A stretch of 64,000 nt of DNA from Escherichia phage vB_EcoM_G2285. Location of the stretch: sequence record MK327933.1; one strand, given 5' to 3'. A program made the translations under genes and the position numbers. Position 1 is the stretch's first letter, and each line of letters starts with the position of its first letter. Below the pieces are notes generated by a model. That model saw only the letters and a program-made list of their open reading frames with translations, had not been told where the DNA came from and did no database searches. Of this stretch, positions 8,917 to 17,975 are shown piece by piece.

Positions 8917-9932
8917 TGTGTTGCCTCAATATAAAGTTCGTTGGAATATTTGACCAGCGCTTCTCTGTCTTCGTCTGAGATATCTGGAATCGCGTCAATA
9001 TATTCTTTAATGATATCTTGAAGTGATTTAATCTCGATTTCCTGGTCGTCATCAGATTCAACACTGTTATCAACTTTAGAAACCATACGAAGAGAGTGAA
9101 CTACTTTTTCAAGTTCAGATTCAAACTTAGTCAACTCTGAATCAATTTCTGATACTATAACACGTACGGCTAGATTAGTATAATCAGAATAATTGATTTT
9201 GCCTTTAAACGGATAAGTGATTCGTCGATGCCATGTTGTTTCGTTAGGAATAAATTCCATACGTTCAACATCAGTGTCAAATACCCAGAATCCGCGCGGG
9301 TCGTTCTCATCACCTGCAGTAAGGGTCCACGGTGTCCCAATATATTTGACGTTAGCAGCTTCAGAGATTGTGTGGAAGTGGCCGGACCAGACTTGTTTAT
9401 AGGTCTTTAAGAAATCAGGTTCAAGCCCATGAGACTTCATTCCTTTATAGAAATAAAAGCCATTCAGTTCCCAGTGCCCAACACAATACGCTGCGGAAGA
9501 AGTCTTGATGTGCTCTAAGATTTCACCTGTATTTTCTTCACACATCCATGGAACGATATCAATCAGACATCCGTCAAAATCTACAGTAGTTGGATGTTCA
9601 TAAATAGTAAAGTTTTCAAATTGAGTTAACAATTCAGAAACAGTGTTAGGTGTTATTGTATTCTTAAACGCCATGTCATGGTTTCCTATCGTGACATGAA
9701 CGTGAATGCCTGCTTTAGAAATCATACCAACGATTTCACGATTGAATTCCATTGTACGATGTGTTATTGCTTTACGGACGTCAAACCAATCGCCGTACTG
9801 AATCCAAGTTTTAATCCCGTGTTTCTTAGAGTATTCAATTGCTTGACGAATACCATCACGTTGAATATCTTGAACCCATGGGTCGTCTTGTTTGACTCCG
9901 ATATGGAAGTCGCCTAAGTGCAAAATTTTCAT
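8913..9932 (-). CDS. 47: Recombination nuclease gp47 (SbcD/Mre11-like)
   Basis: 339 aa; calcineurin-like phosphoesterase motifs (HLGDFH, GDWFD, GNHD, GHWE, GHFH). Confidence 0.9.
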   Translation of the reverse strand: MKILHLGDFHIGVKQDDPWVQDIQRDGIRQAIEYSKKHGIKTWIQYGDWFDVRKAITHRTMEFNREIVGMISKAGIHVHVTIGNHDMAFKNTITPNTVSELLTQFENFTIYEHPTTVDFDGCLIDIVPWMCEENTGEILEHIKTSSAAYCVGHWELNGFYFYKGMKSHGLEPDFLKTYKQVWSGHFHTISEAANVKYIGTPWTLTAGDENDPRGFWVFDTDVERMEFIPNETTWHRRITYPFKGKINYSDYTNLAVRVIVSEIDSELTKFESELEKVVHSLRMVSKVDNSVESDDDQEIEIKSLQDIIKEYIDAIPDISDEDREALVKYSNELYIEATQ

Positions 9933-9978
9933 ATTATTTCCTCATTAGTTAATTCATTCTATCATCCGTTTATAAAGC

Positions 9979-10002
9979 AAAAAAGGAACTCCGAAGAGTT
10001 CC
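9979..10002 (-). terminator. Rho-independent terminator
   Basis: Hairpin GGAACTCTTCGGAGTTCC followed by a T-run on the minus strand (plus-strand A-run at 9979-9984). Confidence 0.5.
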
Positions 10003-10175
10003 TATCCACATAGTACACCGTACAGAGGCTCATTTGAACTTTTAAATCGAATGGGCTTGTATGTAATAGTTCCTTCGGCTTTAGCTTTATCATAAGACTC
10101 TTTAAAACGTCTCATTCTTTCTGCTTTGCCTTTACGGATTTTATCGAAATTTTCAGAAGTCGGGATGTTCGTCAT
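10002..10175 (-). CDS. Hypothetical small basic protein (57 aa, below the ORF-track cutoff)
   Basis: Own translation MTNIPTSENFDKIRKGKAERMRRFKESYDKAKAEGTITYKPIRFKSSNEPLYGVLCG; GAGAGG upstream; followed by terminator. Confidence 0.35.
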   Translation of the reverse strand: MTNIPTSENFDKIRKGKAERMRRFKESYDKAKAEGTITYKPIRFKSSNEPLYGVLCG

Positions 10176-10214
10176 GCATAAGCACCTCTCAGAAAATACC
10201 TAAATCGATTTCTC

Positions 10215-10436
10215 TCATCGTTTCCACCATTTCTTAACTTGAAATGAATCGACCCACACGAGTTGTTTTGGGTCTGCCTTTACAATAGGCGGACAAATTT
10301 CTGTAATAGAACCGTCGTGATATTCCTTTTCAGAAATTTTAACACAAAGAGGACCTCCCAATTTAAGGGTGAACCCGGCGTTCAGCTTCAGACGTTTAAA
10401 CTTTGTTTGAACTAGCGCCATTAATGATGTCCTCAA
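10215..10436 (-). CDS. Hypothetical protein
   Basis: 73 aa ORF in the 47-55 interval. Confidence 0.4.
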   Translation of the reverse strand: MRTSLMALVQTKFKRLKLNAGFTLKLGGPLCVKISEKEYHDGSITEICPPIVKADPKQLVWVDSFQVKKWWKR

Positions 10437-10719
10437 TAGCCTGACGAGTAGTAACCCACTGGATTTTAATTAACTTGTCATTGTATGGTTGTCGTAGAAT
10501 ATCCCGAGATTTCTTAATAGCATATTCGTAAGCTTCGAAGTTGTTTTGAATTGCTGCTTCTTGAGCATGAGCATAAAGACGGTTTAGTTCAAAACGATTC
10601 TTTTTAAGAATCTTTTCGGATTTTTTACGTGCTTCAGCTTCATTTTTCTTTTGGATTTCTTGTAGCATTTTAGCTACTGCATCTTCTGCTTCTTTATTTT
10701 CAATAATCTCGGTAGTCAT
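10396..10719 (-). CDS. Hypothetical protein, lysine/glutamate-rich, coiled-coil-like
   Basis: 107 aa ORF in the 47-55 interval. Confidence 0.5.
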   Translation of the reverse strand: MTTEIIENKEAEDAVAKMLQEIQKKNEAEARKKSEKILKKNRFELNRLYAHAQEAAIQNNFEAYEYAIKKSRDILRQPYNDKLIKIQWVTTRQAIEDIINGASSNKV

Positions 10720-10720
10720 A

Positions 10721-10930
10721 TTATCTCATTAAATTAAAATAAAAACGTCCATCCTCTTCAATACAGAACTCATACTCAACCGGAGTCCCATTTATCGAAA
10801 ATGACACGTCATGTGGGTTCAAAGGGTCGATGTCAAAATTAATTTTAAATTCACGACCCAACAGTTTTACCAAATAAGGGATTGCTTCGTCAAAAGGTTC
10901 TTCTAAGTAGTTAGAGATGTCAATTGTCAT
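10721..10930 (-). CDS. Hypothetical small protein
   Basis: ORF 10721-11014 overlaps gene 55 by 95 nt; internal Met ([11 protein letters not shown]...) at 10930 gives a 69 aa product with a short overlap. Confidence 0.4.
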   Translation of the reverse strand: MTIDISNYLEEPFDEAIPYLVKLLGREFKINFDIDPLNPHDVSFSINGTPVEYEFCIEEDGRFYFNLMR

Positions 10931-11495
10931 CCTCATATAAAAAATCCAAACTAGGCGAATCGCTAACAACTTCCTTCTTTTCAGCCCCAGGAGCTTTATA
11001 AGCGGATTCTTCATAATGCGTCATTTTATCGTAGATGTCTTGAATAAACGTTTCATCTACCAACGCTACCATATCATCGTCATGACTGTCGTAGACATTA
11101 TGAACGAAGTAACTATATTTCTTTGCAACTTCCTTACGTTCTTTTTTGATACGTTGGACAAAAGCATTAAAACAAGCTCGAGTTATGTATGCATGTGGGT
11201 TATTGTACTTAGTTTCGTCGAAATTATGAAGTCCCTTAATAGAGGCTTCAATCCCATCTGCAATCATCTCCTGCTTCCAAGACTGGGTATATCCTGAAAA
11301 GTTGAAACGTTTGGACAGGCCTTCGGCGATAAGCATAATTGCTAAACCGATGGTATCATTCTGACGAATAATTTTGTTTGGGTCTTTATTATTTAAGAGC
11401 TCCTTTTTCCACTCGATTATGGCGGCGAGAAGCTCTTTATTATTCACATAGTTATTTTTAGGTTTTTGTTCAGTCATAAGTACCTCTTGGCTCAA
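10920..11495 (-). CDS. 55: Late-transcription sigma factor gp55
   Basis: 191 aa (185 aa from the second Met); sequence ...[39 protein letters not shown]...; position after 47 as in T4-type genomes. Confidence 0.85.
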   Translation of the reverse strand: MSQEVLMTEQKPKNNYVNNKELLAAIIEWKKELLNNKDPNKIIRQNDTIGLAIMLIAEGLSKRFNFSGYTQSWKQEMIADGIEASIKGLHNFDETKYNNPHAYITRACFNAFVQRIKKERKEVAKKYSYFVHNVYDSHDDDMVALVDETFIQDIYDKMTHYEESAYKAPGAEKKEVVSDSPSLDFLYEDDN

Positions 11496-11508
11496 TTCAT
11501 AGGTCTAT

Positions 11509-11543
11509 TATATCATAATATTTAGAGACCTATCTTAAAGCAC
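11509..11543 (-). promoter_or_regulatory. Early-type promoter with flanking inverted repeat, upstream of gene 55
   Basis: Minus strand TATAAT (plus 11518-11523) flanked by inverted repeat ATAGGTCT / AGACCTAT. Confidence 0.4.
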
Positions 11544-11632
11544 GAGATACTATCAAAGATACGTGACTTTCATAAAGTTGTCGACTTAAAATTCGCCCGG
11601 CTTTTCTTCAGTTATACTGATTCGAGTTAATT

Positions 11633-11860
11633 TCATTCTAGTTCCTTTGCTGCTTCAAGAGCAGCATCCAACGAATCAAATTGGTCAACGAAATCAATAT
11701 TCAACGCATCGTCAACCGTAGCATATAACCACCATTGTTTGAATTCGTATTCTAGAATAAATCCAGGACCTTCAATCTGAGGAAGACCTAGACTATTTGT
11801 ACCAACTTCGTAACCAGCTAGACGCAGGTCATTAATCAAAGTTTCTGTTAATACGCTCAT
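11633..11860 (-). CDS. Hypothetical small acidic protein
   Basis: 75 aa ORF, ATGA overlap with upstream gene. Confidence 0.5.
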   Translation of the reverse strand: MSVLTETLINDLRLAGYEVGTNSLGLPQIEGPGFILEYEFKQWWLYATVDDALNIDFVDQFDSLDAALEAAKELE

Positions 11861-12189
11861 TTTACCGCCTTAACAATTTTAAGGTCAACGAATTTTTTCT
11901 TACGTTGATTTTTCATACGACGGATAGTCTTTTCAGAGATTTCATGTTTCTGATAAGCTTTAGATTCAACACCAAATGCAGCAACGTCAAATTCAGAAAG
12001 AATATATTGTACTAGAATTTCACGAATAGAATTACGTCCAATTTTCTGGTCGTGTTTTTGCATGATTTCATAAAGACGGAATTCCCACGCATCAAGAACT
12101 TGAGGAGTAACAATATTGCCAGATTCCAGAAGAGCAACAACTTTATCGAAAGCGAAAGAATTAACTACGTTTTTGATTTTAGTAGACAT
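11857..12189 (-). CDS. Hypothetical protein
   Basis: ORF 11857-12228; start placed at the internal Met (MSTKIKNVV...) at 12189 because the -10 element lies at 12227-12232; SD GAGGA upstream. Confidence 0.5.
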   Translation of the reverse strand: MSTKIKNVVNSFAFDKVVALLESGNIVTPQVLDAWEFRLYEIMQKHDQKIGRNSIREILVQYILSEFDVAAFGVESKAYQKHEISEKTIRRMKNQRKKKFVDLKIVKAVK

Positions 12190-12214
12190 ATTATTTTCCT
12201 CGGTTATTTTATTA

Positions 12215-12258
12215 TCCAATGAGAGCATTATACTCTGCTCTCAAGAGTTTGTAAATCG
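12215..12258 (-). promoter_or_regulatory. Early-type promoter cassette with -10 inside a 7-bp inverted repeat (copy 1 of a duplicated ~50 bp element)
   Basis: Minus strand ATTTAC-18 nt-TATAAT; GAGAGCA (12221-12227) and TGCTCTC (12235-12241) flank the -10; same element at 39901-39936. Confidence 0.5.
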
Positions 12259-12471
12259 TTATCCGAACTTTTTAGCGCCTTTCCAGCCTTCGTACATAAC
12301 TGCACAAGTCAGTAGTACAGCGTGCTGGCATTCTTTGTATTTGTAAATCCAGAACCAGCGTAAGAAGTCTTCATCCTCAACGCCGTTGAGTTTCATATTG
12401 GCAAAGAATTCGGCACGTTCTTCACGAAGCTTTTGCGATAACATAGATTCAGGATTCATTTTGTGTTCCAC
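12259..12471 (-). CDS. Hypothetical small protein
   Basis: 70 aa ORF. Confidence 0.45.
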   Translation of the reverse strand: MEHKMNPESMLSQKLREERAEFFANMKLNGVEDEDFLRWFWIYKYKECQHAVLLTCAVMYEGWKGAKKFG

Positions 12472-12590
12472 ACCCCATTTTCATCGATGAACTTAATCCA
12501 GTCATTTACAGACCATTTAGTTGTATCGCCCTTTGGATTAACATTTAAAGTATATAATCCCTGCTTAAAAAGCATTCGTTTGATATTCAT
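12456..12590 (-). CDS. Hypothetical small protein (start uncertain)
   Basis: ORF 12456-12683 overlaps the next ORF by 86 nt; internal Met at 12590 gives a 44 aa product. Confidence 0.25.
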   Translation of the reverse strand: MNIKRMLFKQGLYTLNVNPKGDTTKWSVNDWIKFIDENGVWNTK

Positions 12591-12597
12591 AATTTCC

Positions 12598-12891
12598 TCA
12601 ACTGTAACGATAACATTCGTTAGCTTTACGTTTGGCTTCAGTATGAGAAGTATTATAATCATACTCTTCTTTACTGTAAACATCTTTTTTCAACTTACGA
12701 ACTTCTTTGCGGAGTTGTCGATTCATTTCATTCTTGACTTCAGAATCAACGCCTTTCATACGTTTCCATTTATCTGAGCGGAAAATGTTTTCAACCATGT
12801 CTTTGTGGCTAACACCGTCAGGAGCTTTACGTTTACCAAAATAGTCATAATCACGAACTTTCAAATCTTTACGACGATACGTTTTACCCAT
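12598..12891 (-). CDS. Hypothetical basic protein
   Basis: ORF 12598-12918; start probably the second Met (MGKTYRRKDLKVRDYDYFGKRK...) at 12891. Confidence 0.45.
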   Translation of the reverse strand: MGKTYRRKDLKVRDYDYFGKRKAPDGVSHKDMVENIFRSDKWKRMKGVDSEVKNEMNRQLRKEVRKLKKDVYSKEEYDYNTSHTEAKRKANECYRYS

Positions 12892-12898
12892 AGCTACC

Positions 12899-13147
12899 TC
12901 AGAGGTTGATTGATACAACGCGTTTGATAAAATTCACTTCACTTACTGAAAGGTCTTTAAGACCGATTGATTCTAAACGCTGAATAAAAGTCAACATTGG
13001 GATATAGTCCCAATGTGTTTTAGACGTTTGATAAGTACGGACGCCATTAGCAATTTCAACGTTCAAATCGGAAATGGTAATGAATATCGGACGTTCGTTA
13101 TTTACATTAAGAGATAGAACAACTTTCTTCGAATTCAGACTAATCAT
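12899..13147 (-). CDS. Hypothetical protein
   Basis: ORF 12899-13309; start placed at internal Met (MISLNSKKVV...) at 13147 with SD GAGGA; upstream part overlaps promoter and hairpin. Confidence 0.4.
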   Translation of the reverse strand: MISLNSKKVVLSLNVNNERPIFITISDLNVEIANGVRTYQTSKTHWDYIPMLTFIQRLESIGLKDLSVSEVNFIKRVVSINL

Positions 13148-13279
13148 TTTGTTTTCCTCTGTAGTAGATGATGCTAATCTTAACATATCTATCGAGGATG
13201 TAAACTGTTTTATGAAAATATTTTTGATTTGAGAGGGGCACAAGGAGATAGTGAAGTGAAGATTCCAATGGATTATATT

Positions 13280-13315
13280 AGAAATGAGATAAAGAAGACC
13301 AGGCGGCACCTGGTC
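13280..13315 (-). terminator. Hairpin with downstream U-rich tract after nrdH
   Basis: GACCAGGTGCCGCCTGGTC hairpin (13297-13315) followed on the minus strand by a T-rich run. Confidence 0.35.
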
Positions 13316-13622
13316 AATCTTCTATGATATCAGAGTCATATCCTAATGAAATCAAGGACTTTTTAAACTCTGCAATATTCTTTTGTTTCTTATCATTTAA
13401 AAATATGACAGGATAACGAATATTAAGTGAAGTGAATCCAGCACGTTTAGCAAGAGATACGATTAAAGGACGGTCATATTCAATCTTACCATTATTAGTG
13501 AGGACTTTATAAAATGTATAAGGAGCATTGAGCTCCTTTAAAAGTTTTGTAACAGTATAACATCCTGGACAACGTCCAACTTCTTCAGGGATGCCATAGA
13601 TTTCAATCTTGTTGTGTTCCAC
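13314..13622 (-). CDS. nrdH: Glutaredoxin-like protein NrdH
   Basis: 102 aa; redox CxxC motif (RCPGCYTV); immediately upstream of nrdG and nrdD. Confidence 0.75.
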   Translation of the reverse strand: MEHNKIEIYGIPEEVGRCPGCYTVTKLLKELNAPYTFYKVLTNNGKIEYDRPLIVSLAKRAGFTSLNIRYPVIFLNDKKQKNIAEFKKSLISLGYDSDIIED

Positions 13623-13624
13623 AA

Positions 13625-13837
13625 TTATTCCTTGCCAAGAACAGAATTCAGTTTATTAGTAATTTTGTCCAAACGTTCATTGAATTCGCTGGAGGATAAA
13701 CCCTTTTCCGGAGAAATTAAACTAATCACGAAAAATACAACAGTAAAAGGAATAAGAAAAATAGCTCCAACTGCCATAAACAAAAAGAACGTTACAGTTG
13801 TAAGAAAATCAGCTAAACCTTTACGAAATTTATACAT
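13625..13837 (-). CDS. Small membrane protein
   Basis: 70 aa; hydrophobic segment VTFFLFMAVGAIFLIPFTVVFFVISLI. Confidence 0.5.
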   Translation of the reverse strand: MYKFRKGLADFLTTVTFFLFMAVGAIFLIPFTVVFFVISLISPEKGLSSSEFNERLDKITNKLNSVLGKE

Positions 13838-13947
13838 ATTTACCCTTAATTAACTAAGCATTGATAAGCACTAAACTATATTGCGAATAAAATTCTGGAC
13901 CAAAACGAAAAATCATATCATTTATAGTATCCATAATGTAATTCAAT

Positions 13948-14418
13948 TTAATCATGTTTCCACACCCCATTGGTATTTAACCAAAGTCGCTGATTATCTG
14001 ATCCTCGCCACAGCTTTTTAGTCGGAAGATTTTTCTCATACTTCCCATCAATAATAACATCAACATATTTAAGCATTTCTAGCTGTTTAATATCTTCAAA
14101 CTTATATCCTGTCCACAACCAAATGCTTTTATTGGGATAAAGATTTTTTACTGTTTGAACAATGCAATGAATAACATCTCGGTTATCAGGATAGAGAGGG
14201 TCACCTCCGGTTATAGTCAATCCTTCTATATAATCATTATTCAAACATTCAATTAATTGTTCTAGTGTTTCACCAGTGAATGGAATACCATTTCTAGCAT
14301 TCCATGTTGATTTATTATAACACCCTTCACATTTATGCAAACAACCTGTAACGAAAAGAACGACCCTGCAACCAGGGCCATTCACAAAATCGCAAGGATA
14401 AAATCTATCATAATTCAT
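13948..14418 (-). CDS. nrdG: Anaerobic ribonucleotide reductase activating protein NrdG (radical SAM)
   Basis: 156 aa; cysteine cluster CDFVNGPGCRVVLFVTGCLHKCEGCYN; ATGA overlap with nrdD. Confidence 0.85.
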   Translation of the reverse strand: MNYDRFYPCDFVNGPGCRVVLFVTGCLHKCEGCYNKSTWNARNGIPFTGETLEQLIECLNNDYIEGLTITGGDPLYPDNRDVIHCIVQTVKNLYPNKSIWLWTGYKFEDIKQLEMLKYVDVIIDGKYEKNLPTKKLWRGSDNQRLWLNTNGVWKHD

Positions 14419-15746
14419 TGGTGTTTAACCCTATGCATTATTTCTTTATTTTTACCGAGATTAAATCCGCGTTCGTTCGGATTTCCCAAATAACCGCATG
14501 TTCTTCTTATGGTGTTCATCTTTTTAGGATCAGTTTCTCCGCAAACTGAACAAACAAATCCGTTTTCAGTAGGAGTCATTTCATGGGTACTTCCGCATGT
14601 AAAACATTTATCTACTGGCATATTAACACCAAAATAATCTAAATGTTGTGCAGCATAATCCCATACGGCCTCAAGACCTTTTAAGTTATTTTTCATATCA
14701 GGAAGTTCAACATAAGAAATGTGGCCACCTGTCGCAATGAAATGATATGGTGCTTCACGAGAAATCTTTTCAAACGGAGTAATATTTTCTTCTACTGAAA
14801 CATGGAAACTATTAGTGTACCAGCCTTTATCAGTGACATCCTTTACACTTCCATATTTTTCTGTATCAAGTTTACAGAAGCGATAACAAAGGTTTTCAGC
14901 AGGAGTCGAATATAAACTAAAAGCAAACCCAGTTCTTTCAGTCCACTGTTTAAGATGAGCATTCATTTTAGTTAAAATTTCCTGTCCAATATCACGACCG
15001 ACAAGAATATTCAATTCATGAATACCAATGTATCCTAGGGACACTGAACTTCTACCGTTTTTAAATAACTCAATTATGTCGTCATCAGGTTTAAGACGAA
15101 CCCCGAATGCACCTTCTTGGTAAAGAATAGGAGCAACAGTCGCTTTAACTCCTTTTAAGGAACTAATTCTACACATCAAAGCTTCAAAACACAAATCCAT
15201 TCGTTCATTGAATAATTCAACAAATTTCTGTTCATTGAACTGTGTTCCAATATAAGAATCTAACGCGATGCGAGGAAGATTCAATGTTACAACACCAAGA
15301 TTATTACGTCCATCAAGAATTTCATTACCAGTCGAATCTTTCCATACGCTCAAGAAACTACGGCAGCCCATTGGAGAAACTGGAACTGAAGAACCGGTAA
15401 TAGCTTTATTATTCTTAACCGAAATAATGTCAGGATACATTCTTTTGCTTGCACATTCTAACGCAAGTTGTTTAATATCATAGTTCGGATCATCTTTATA
15501 AAGATTAACACCTTCTTCAACAAACATAACAAGCTTAGGGAAAATAGGAGTTATCCCATCACGACCAAGACCTTTAATCCGATTTTTCAGAATTGCTTTC
15601 TGAATCATTCGTTCAGTCCAGTCAGTTCCAGTACCAAATGTAATTGTTACAAAAGGCGTTTGTCCATTTGAACTGAAAAGTGTATTTACTTCATCATTAT
15701 ATTCAGCATGAGTCGCAAATTCATGCTCGTTTATATGAAACAACAA
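14415..15746 (-). CDS. nrdD: Anaerobic ribonucleotide reductase NrdD, C-terminal part (exon 2; 5' boundary is ORF-based, not the true splice site)
   Basis: 443 aa ORF ending with the glycyl radical motif RRTCGYLG and a C-terminal Cys4 cluster (CFTCGS...CSVCGE). Confidence 0.8.
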   Translation of the reverse strand: MLFHINEHEFATHAEYNDEVNTLFSSNGQTPFVTITFGTGTDWTERMIQKAILKNRIKGLGRDGITPIFPKLVMFVEEGVNLYKDDPNYDIKQLALECASKRMYPDIISVKNNKAITGSSVPVSPMGCRSFLSVWKDSTGNEILDGRNNLGVVTLNLPRIALDSYIGTQFNEQKFVELFNERMDLCFEALMCRISSLKGVKATVAPILYQEGAFGVRLKPDDDIIELFKNGRSSVSLGYIGIHELNILVGRDIGQEILTKMNAHLKQWTERTGFAFSLYSTPAENLCYRFCKLDTEKYGSVKDVTDKGWYTNSFHVSVEENITPFEKISREAPYHFIATGGHISYVELPDMKNNLKGLEAVWDYAAQHLDYFGVNMPVDKCFTCGSTHEMTPTENGFVCSVCGETDPKKMNTIRRTCGYLGNPNERGFNLGKNKEIMHRVKHQ

Positions 15747-16491
15747 AATTTGGATAGTCCATAGATATGCAACGTTCTTTTATAGTGCTAGGATGAAAAT
15801 TTAGCGCTTTAGCTGCTTCTATATAAGACGTATACTTAATACCGTCAACAACCACATATTCAGGAACTTTATGAATAGTAGTCTTAATACTCAAAACAAG
15901 AGGATGAGTTTCGACTTCACTTTCAGTGCAATTTAAATATTCCGCTGCTTTTTTAAAACTTCTAAAAGTTTTATTTTTAAGCTTTATCGATACTTGTTTT
16001 TTACTTTTTCGACTATTGATATTATTTTGCACATGTTCCTTAGATCTTCCGTTTTTAGCATAATATTCAGCTACAGAAGATTTTATATTGTTTTTATGAG
16101 ATTCGGATAACACTTTACCCTTATGAGCATCTCTTAATTTTTGAATATGTTCTTCAGTATCCGGATGCTTATAAAACTTTTTACCGCCTATGGATTTATT
16201 TAAACATTTTTTGCTATAAAAATATTTACGTATGACCTCTTCTTCATGTTTTAATGCATCTTTATAACTATCAAATGTTTTTAAAATTATCCATTTAGTA
16301 GGTGTATCAGTTTTTAAGCGTTCATTTATATACTTAGATGACGTTGTGTAAGTTTTCCAGTTTGTGGGCTTGTTTTTAATTGTTCTAAATTTTTTATAAC
16401 CGATATAAATGTCGCCATTAGAAAACTTAACTAAGTATGTAAATGCGTCTTTATCTTTTATTTTAGTACAACGTCTTTTTATCCATTTCAT
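15721..16491 (-). CDS. Intron-encoded GIY-YIG homing endonuclease (I-TevII-like)
   Basis: 256 aa ORF inside the interruption of nrdD; N-terminal YLVKFSNGDIYIGYKK resembles the GIY-YIG motif; basic C-terminal region. Confidence 0.7.
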   Translation of the reverse strand: MKWIKRRCTKIKDKDAFTYLVKFSNGDIYIGYKKFRTIKNKPTNWKTYTTSSKYINERLKTDTPTKWIILKTFDSYKDALKHEEEVIRKYFYSKKCLNKSIGGKKFYKHPDTEEHIQKLRDAHKGKVLSESHKNNIKSSVAEYYAKNGRSKEHVQNNINSRKSKKQVSIKLKNKTFRSFKKAAEYLNCTESEVETHPLVLSIKTTIHKVPEYVVVDGIKYTSYIEAAKALNFHPSTIKERCISMDYPNFVVSYKRA

Positions 16492-16735
16492 TGTTTCACC
16501 TCGTATTCATAAGATAATCTTATTTATACAAGATGACTGCTGCATGTCGCCATGCAGATTAGACTATATCTTCATCTTTCGATGCCGGCCGTTTCGAATA
16601 GCATTAGCTTCTATTCTACACCGCTACATTCATCACGGTTAGTCGTTAGGCATTTAGTTCAAAAGAACATTTAGCACGGGATTGTCTACTAGAGAGGTTC
16701 CCCGTTTAGACCGGTTTTACATGAGCCTGAATTAA
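15740..16735 (-). mobile_element. Probable group I intron interrupting nrdD (boundaries approximate)
   Basis: About 1 kb separates the two nrdD reading-frame segments and contains the endonuclease ORF plus about 240 nt of structured non-coding sequence (16492-16731); arrangement as in the T4 nrdD intron. Confidence 0.55.
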
Positions 16736-17277
16736 ATTAACTCATACGCCTGGAATGCATCGTATACGTCTTTTTCTGTTTTAGATTGAGCATAATTCAA
16801 CGCATCAGCGATTTGCCATTTTTCTGCATCTTCAATATGTTTAGCATATGTGCGTTTAACATAAGGAGAAAGTACTTTATCTACATTCGCAAATGTAGTT
16901 CCGCCATACTGGTGTGAAGCAACTTGCGCGGTAATTTGTGCCATAATTGCAGTAGCAACACCGATTGATTTAGGAGTTTCAATCTGTGCATTACCTAGCT
17001 TAAATCCGTTTTCAAGCATTCCTTTTAAATCTACTAAACAACAATTAGTAAATGGAAGAGCAGGGGAATAATCAATATCGTGCACGTGAATAATTCCGCT
17101 TTCATGCGCTTTCATAATAAAAGACGGGACTATATTTTTGGCAATGTGTTTAGACACAATACCAGCCATAAGGTCCCGTTGAGTTGGAAAAACACGAGAA
17201 TCTTTATTAGCATTCTCGTTTAAAAGGTCTTTATTAGTTTTATGAATCAATCCTTCAATTTCTTTTTCAATTGTCAT
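16732..17277 (-). CDS. nrdD: Anaerobic ribonucleotide reductase NrdD, N-terminal part (exon 1; 3' boundary is ORF-based)
   Basis: 181 aa ORF MTIEKEIEGLIHKTNKDLL... running into a stop inside the putative intron. Confidence 0.7.
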   Translation of the reverse strand: MTIEKEIEGLIHKTNKDLLNENANKDSRVFPTQRDLMAGIVSKHIAKNIVPSFIMKAHESGIIHVHDIDYSPALPFTNCCLVDLKGMLENGFKLGNAQIETPKSIGVATAIMAQITAQVASHQYGGTTFANVDKVLSPYVKRTYAKHIEDAEKWQIADALNYAQSKTEKDVYDAFQAYELI

Positions 17278-17747
17278 TTTAAACTCTTTCTAAGCTGCTT
17301 CTTAAATGAAGCTATTAACTGTGTTTTGGTGTCAGATTCATTATATTCAAATCCTCTTTGAAGCATCTCAGCCATCATTTCCTCTTTTCCTAAACGAGAA
17401 AATTCCTTTGATTTATCTCCAACAAAATTAGGATGGATATTATTATCAGAATAATCTTGTTTCAAATAAGCAAGAAGAGATTCAAGCCATTCGAGGTAGT
17501 CGACATCACGACCTTTAAGACCAGAACGGTTGAACTTATGCTTCATTTGACCTTCTGCTGCGTTGCACAGATTACAGAGTAATCCACGAACTCTACCGGC
17601 TTTTGGCCCGTTTAATTCATGGTCGTGGTCAAGATGGTTACCTTGAACATCAGGGTCTAATTCACGGTGGCAAATAGGACACTTACCGTTCTGTGCATCA
17701 TAAAATTTTTGTTTTTCTTCTTTATATTTTGCGCCTGATAATAACAT
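17274..17747 (-). CDS. 49: Endonuclease VII (Holliday junction resolvase) gp49
   Basis: 157 aa; zinc/His-Cys box CPICHRELDPDVQGNHLDHDHELNGPKAGRVRGLLCNLCN. Confidence 0.9.
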   Translation of the reverse strand: MLLSGAKYKEEKQKFYDAQNGKCPICHRELDPDVQGNHLDHDHELNGPKAGRVRGLLCNLCNAAEGQMKHKFNRSGLKGRDVDYLEWLESLLAYLKQDYSDNNIHPNFVGDKSKEFSRLGKEEMMAEMLQRGFEYNESDTKTQLIASFKKQLRKSLK

Positions 17748-17777
17748 GATAAACCCTTACCTTAAATAGATAAGGGT

Positions 17778-17785
17778 ATTTATAA
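17778..17785 (-). promoter_or_regulatory. Late promoter TATAAATA upstream of gene 49
   Basis: Plus-strand TATTTATA (reverse complement TATAAATA) about 30 nt upstream of the gene 49 start. Confidence 0.5.
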
Positions 17786-17786
17786 T

Positions 17787-17966
17787 TTAGTAAACGTTAT
17801 AAAAGTCTCGATGAAAACGTTTATATTGGCGAATCATTTTCTTAGTAGGACGTGTTACTGAAATAATTGAAGTAGCCATAGTCGGATTGTTTGGAGCACC
17901 AGTCATAACAAATTTCCAGGTCTTCTCCCCGTTTTTTCTTTCAGTATAAATCGTTTCTGTTCTCAT
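17787..17966 (-). CDS. Hypothetical small protein (59 aa, below ORF-track cutoff)
   Basis: Own translation MRTETIYTERKNGEKTWKFVMTGAPNNPTMATSIISVTRPTKKMIRQYKRFHRDFYNVY. Confidence 0.35.
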   Translation of the reverse strand: MRTETIYTERKNGEKTWKFVMTGAPNNPTMATSIISVTRPTKKMIRQYKRFHRDFYNVY

Positions 17967-17975
17967 AATAAGCCT

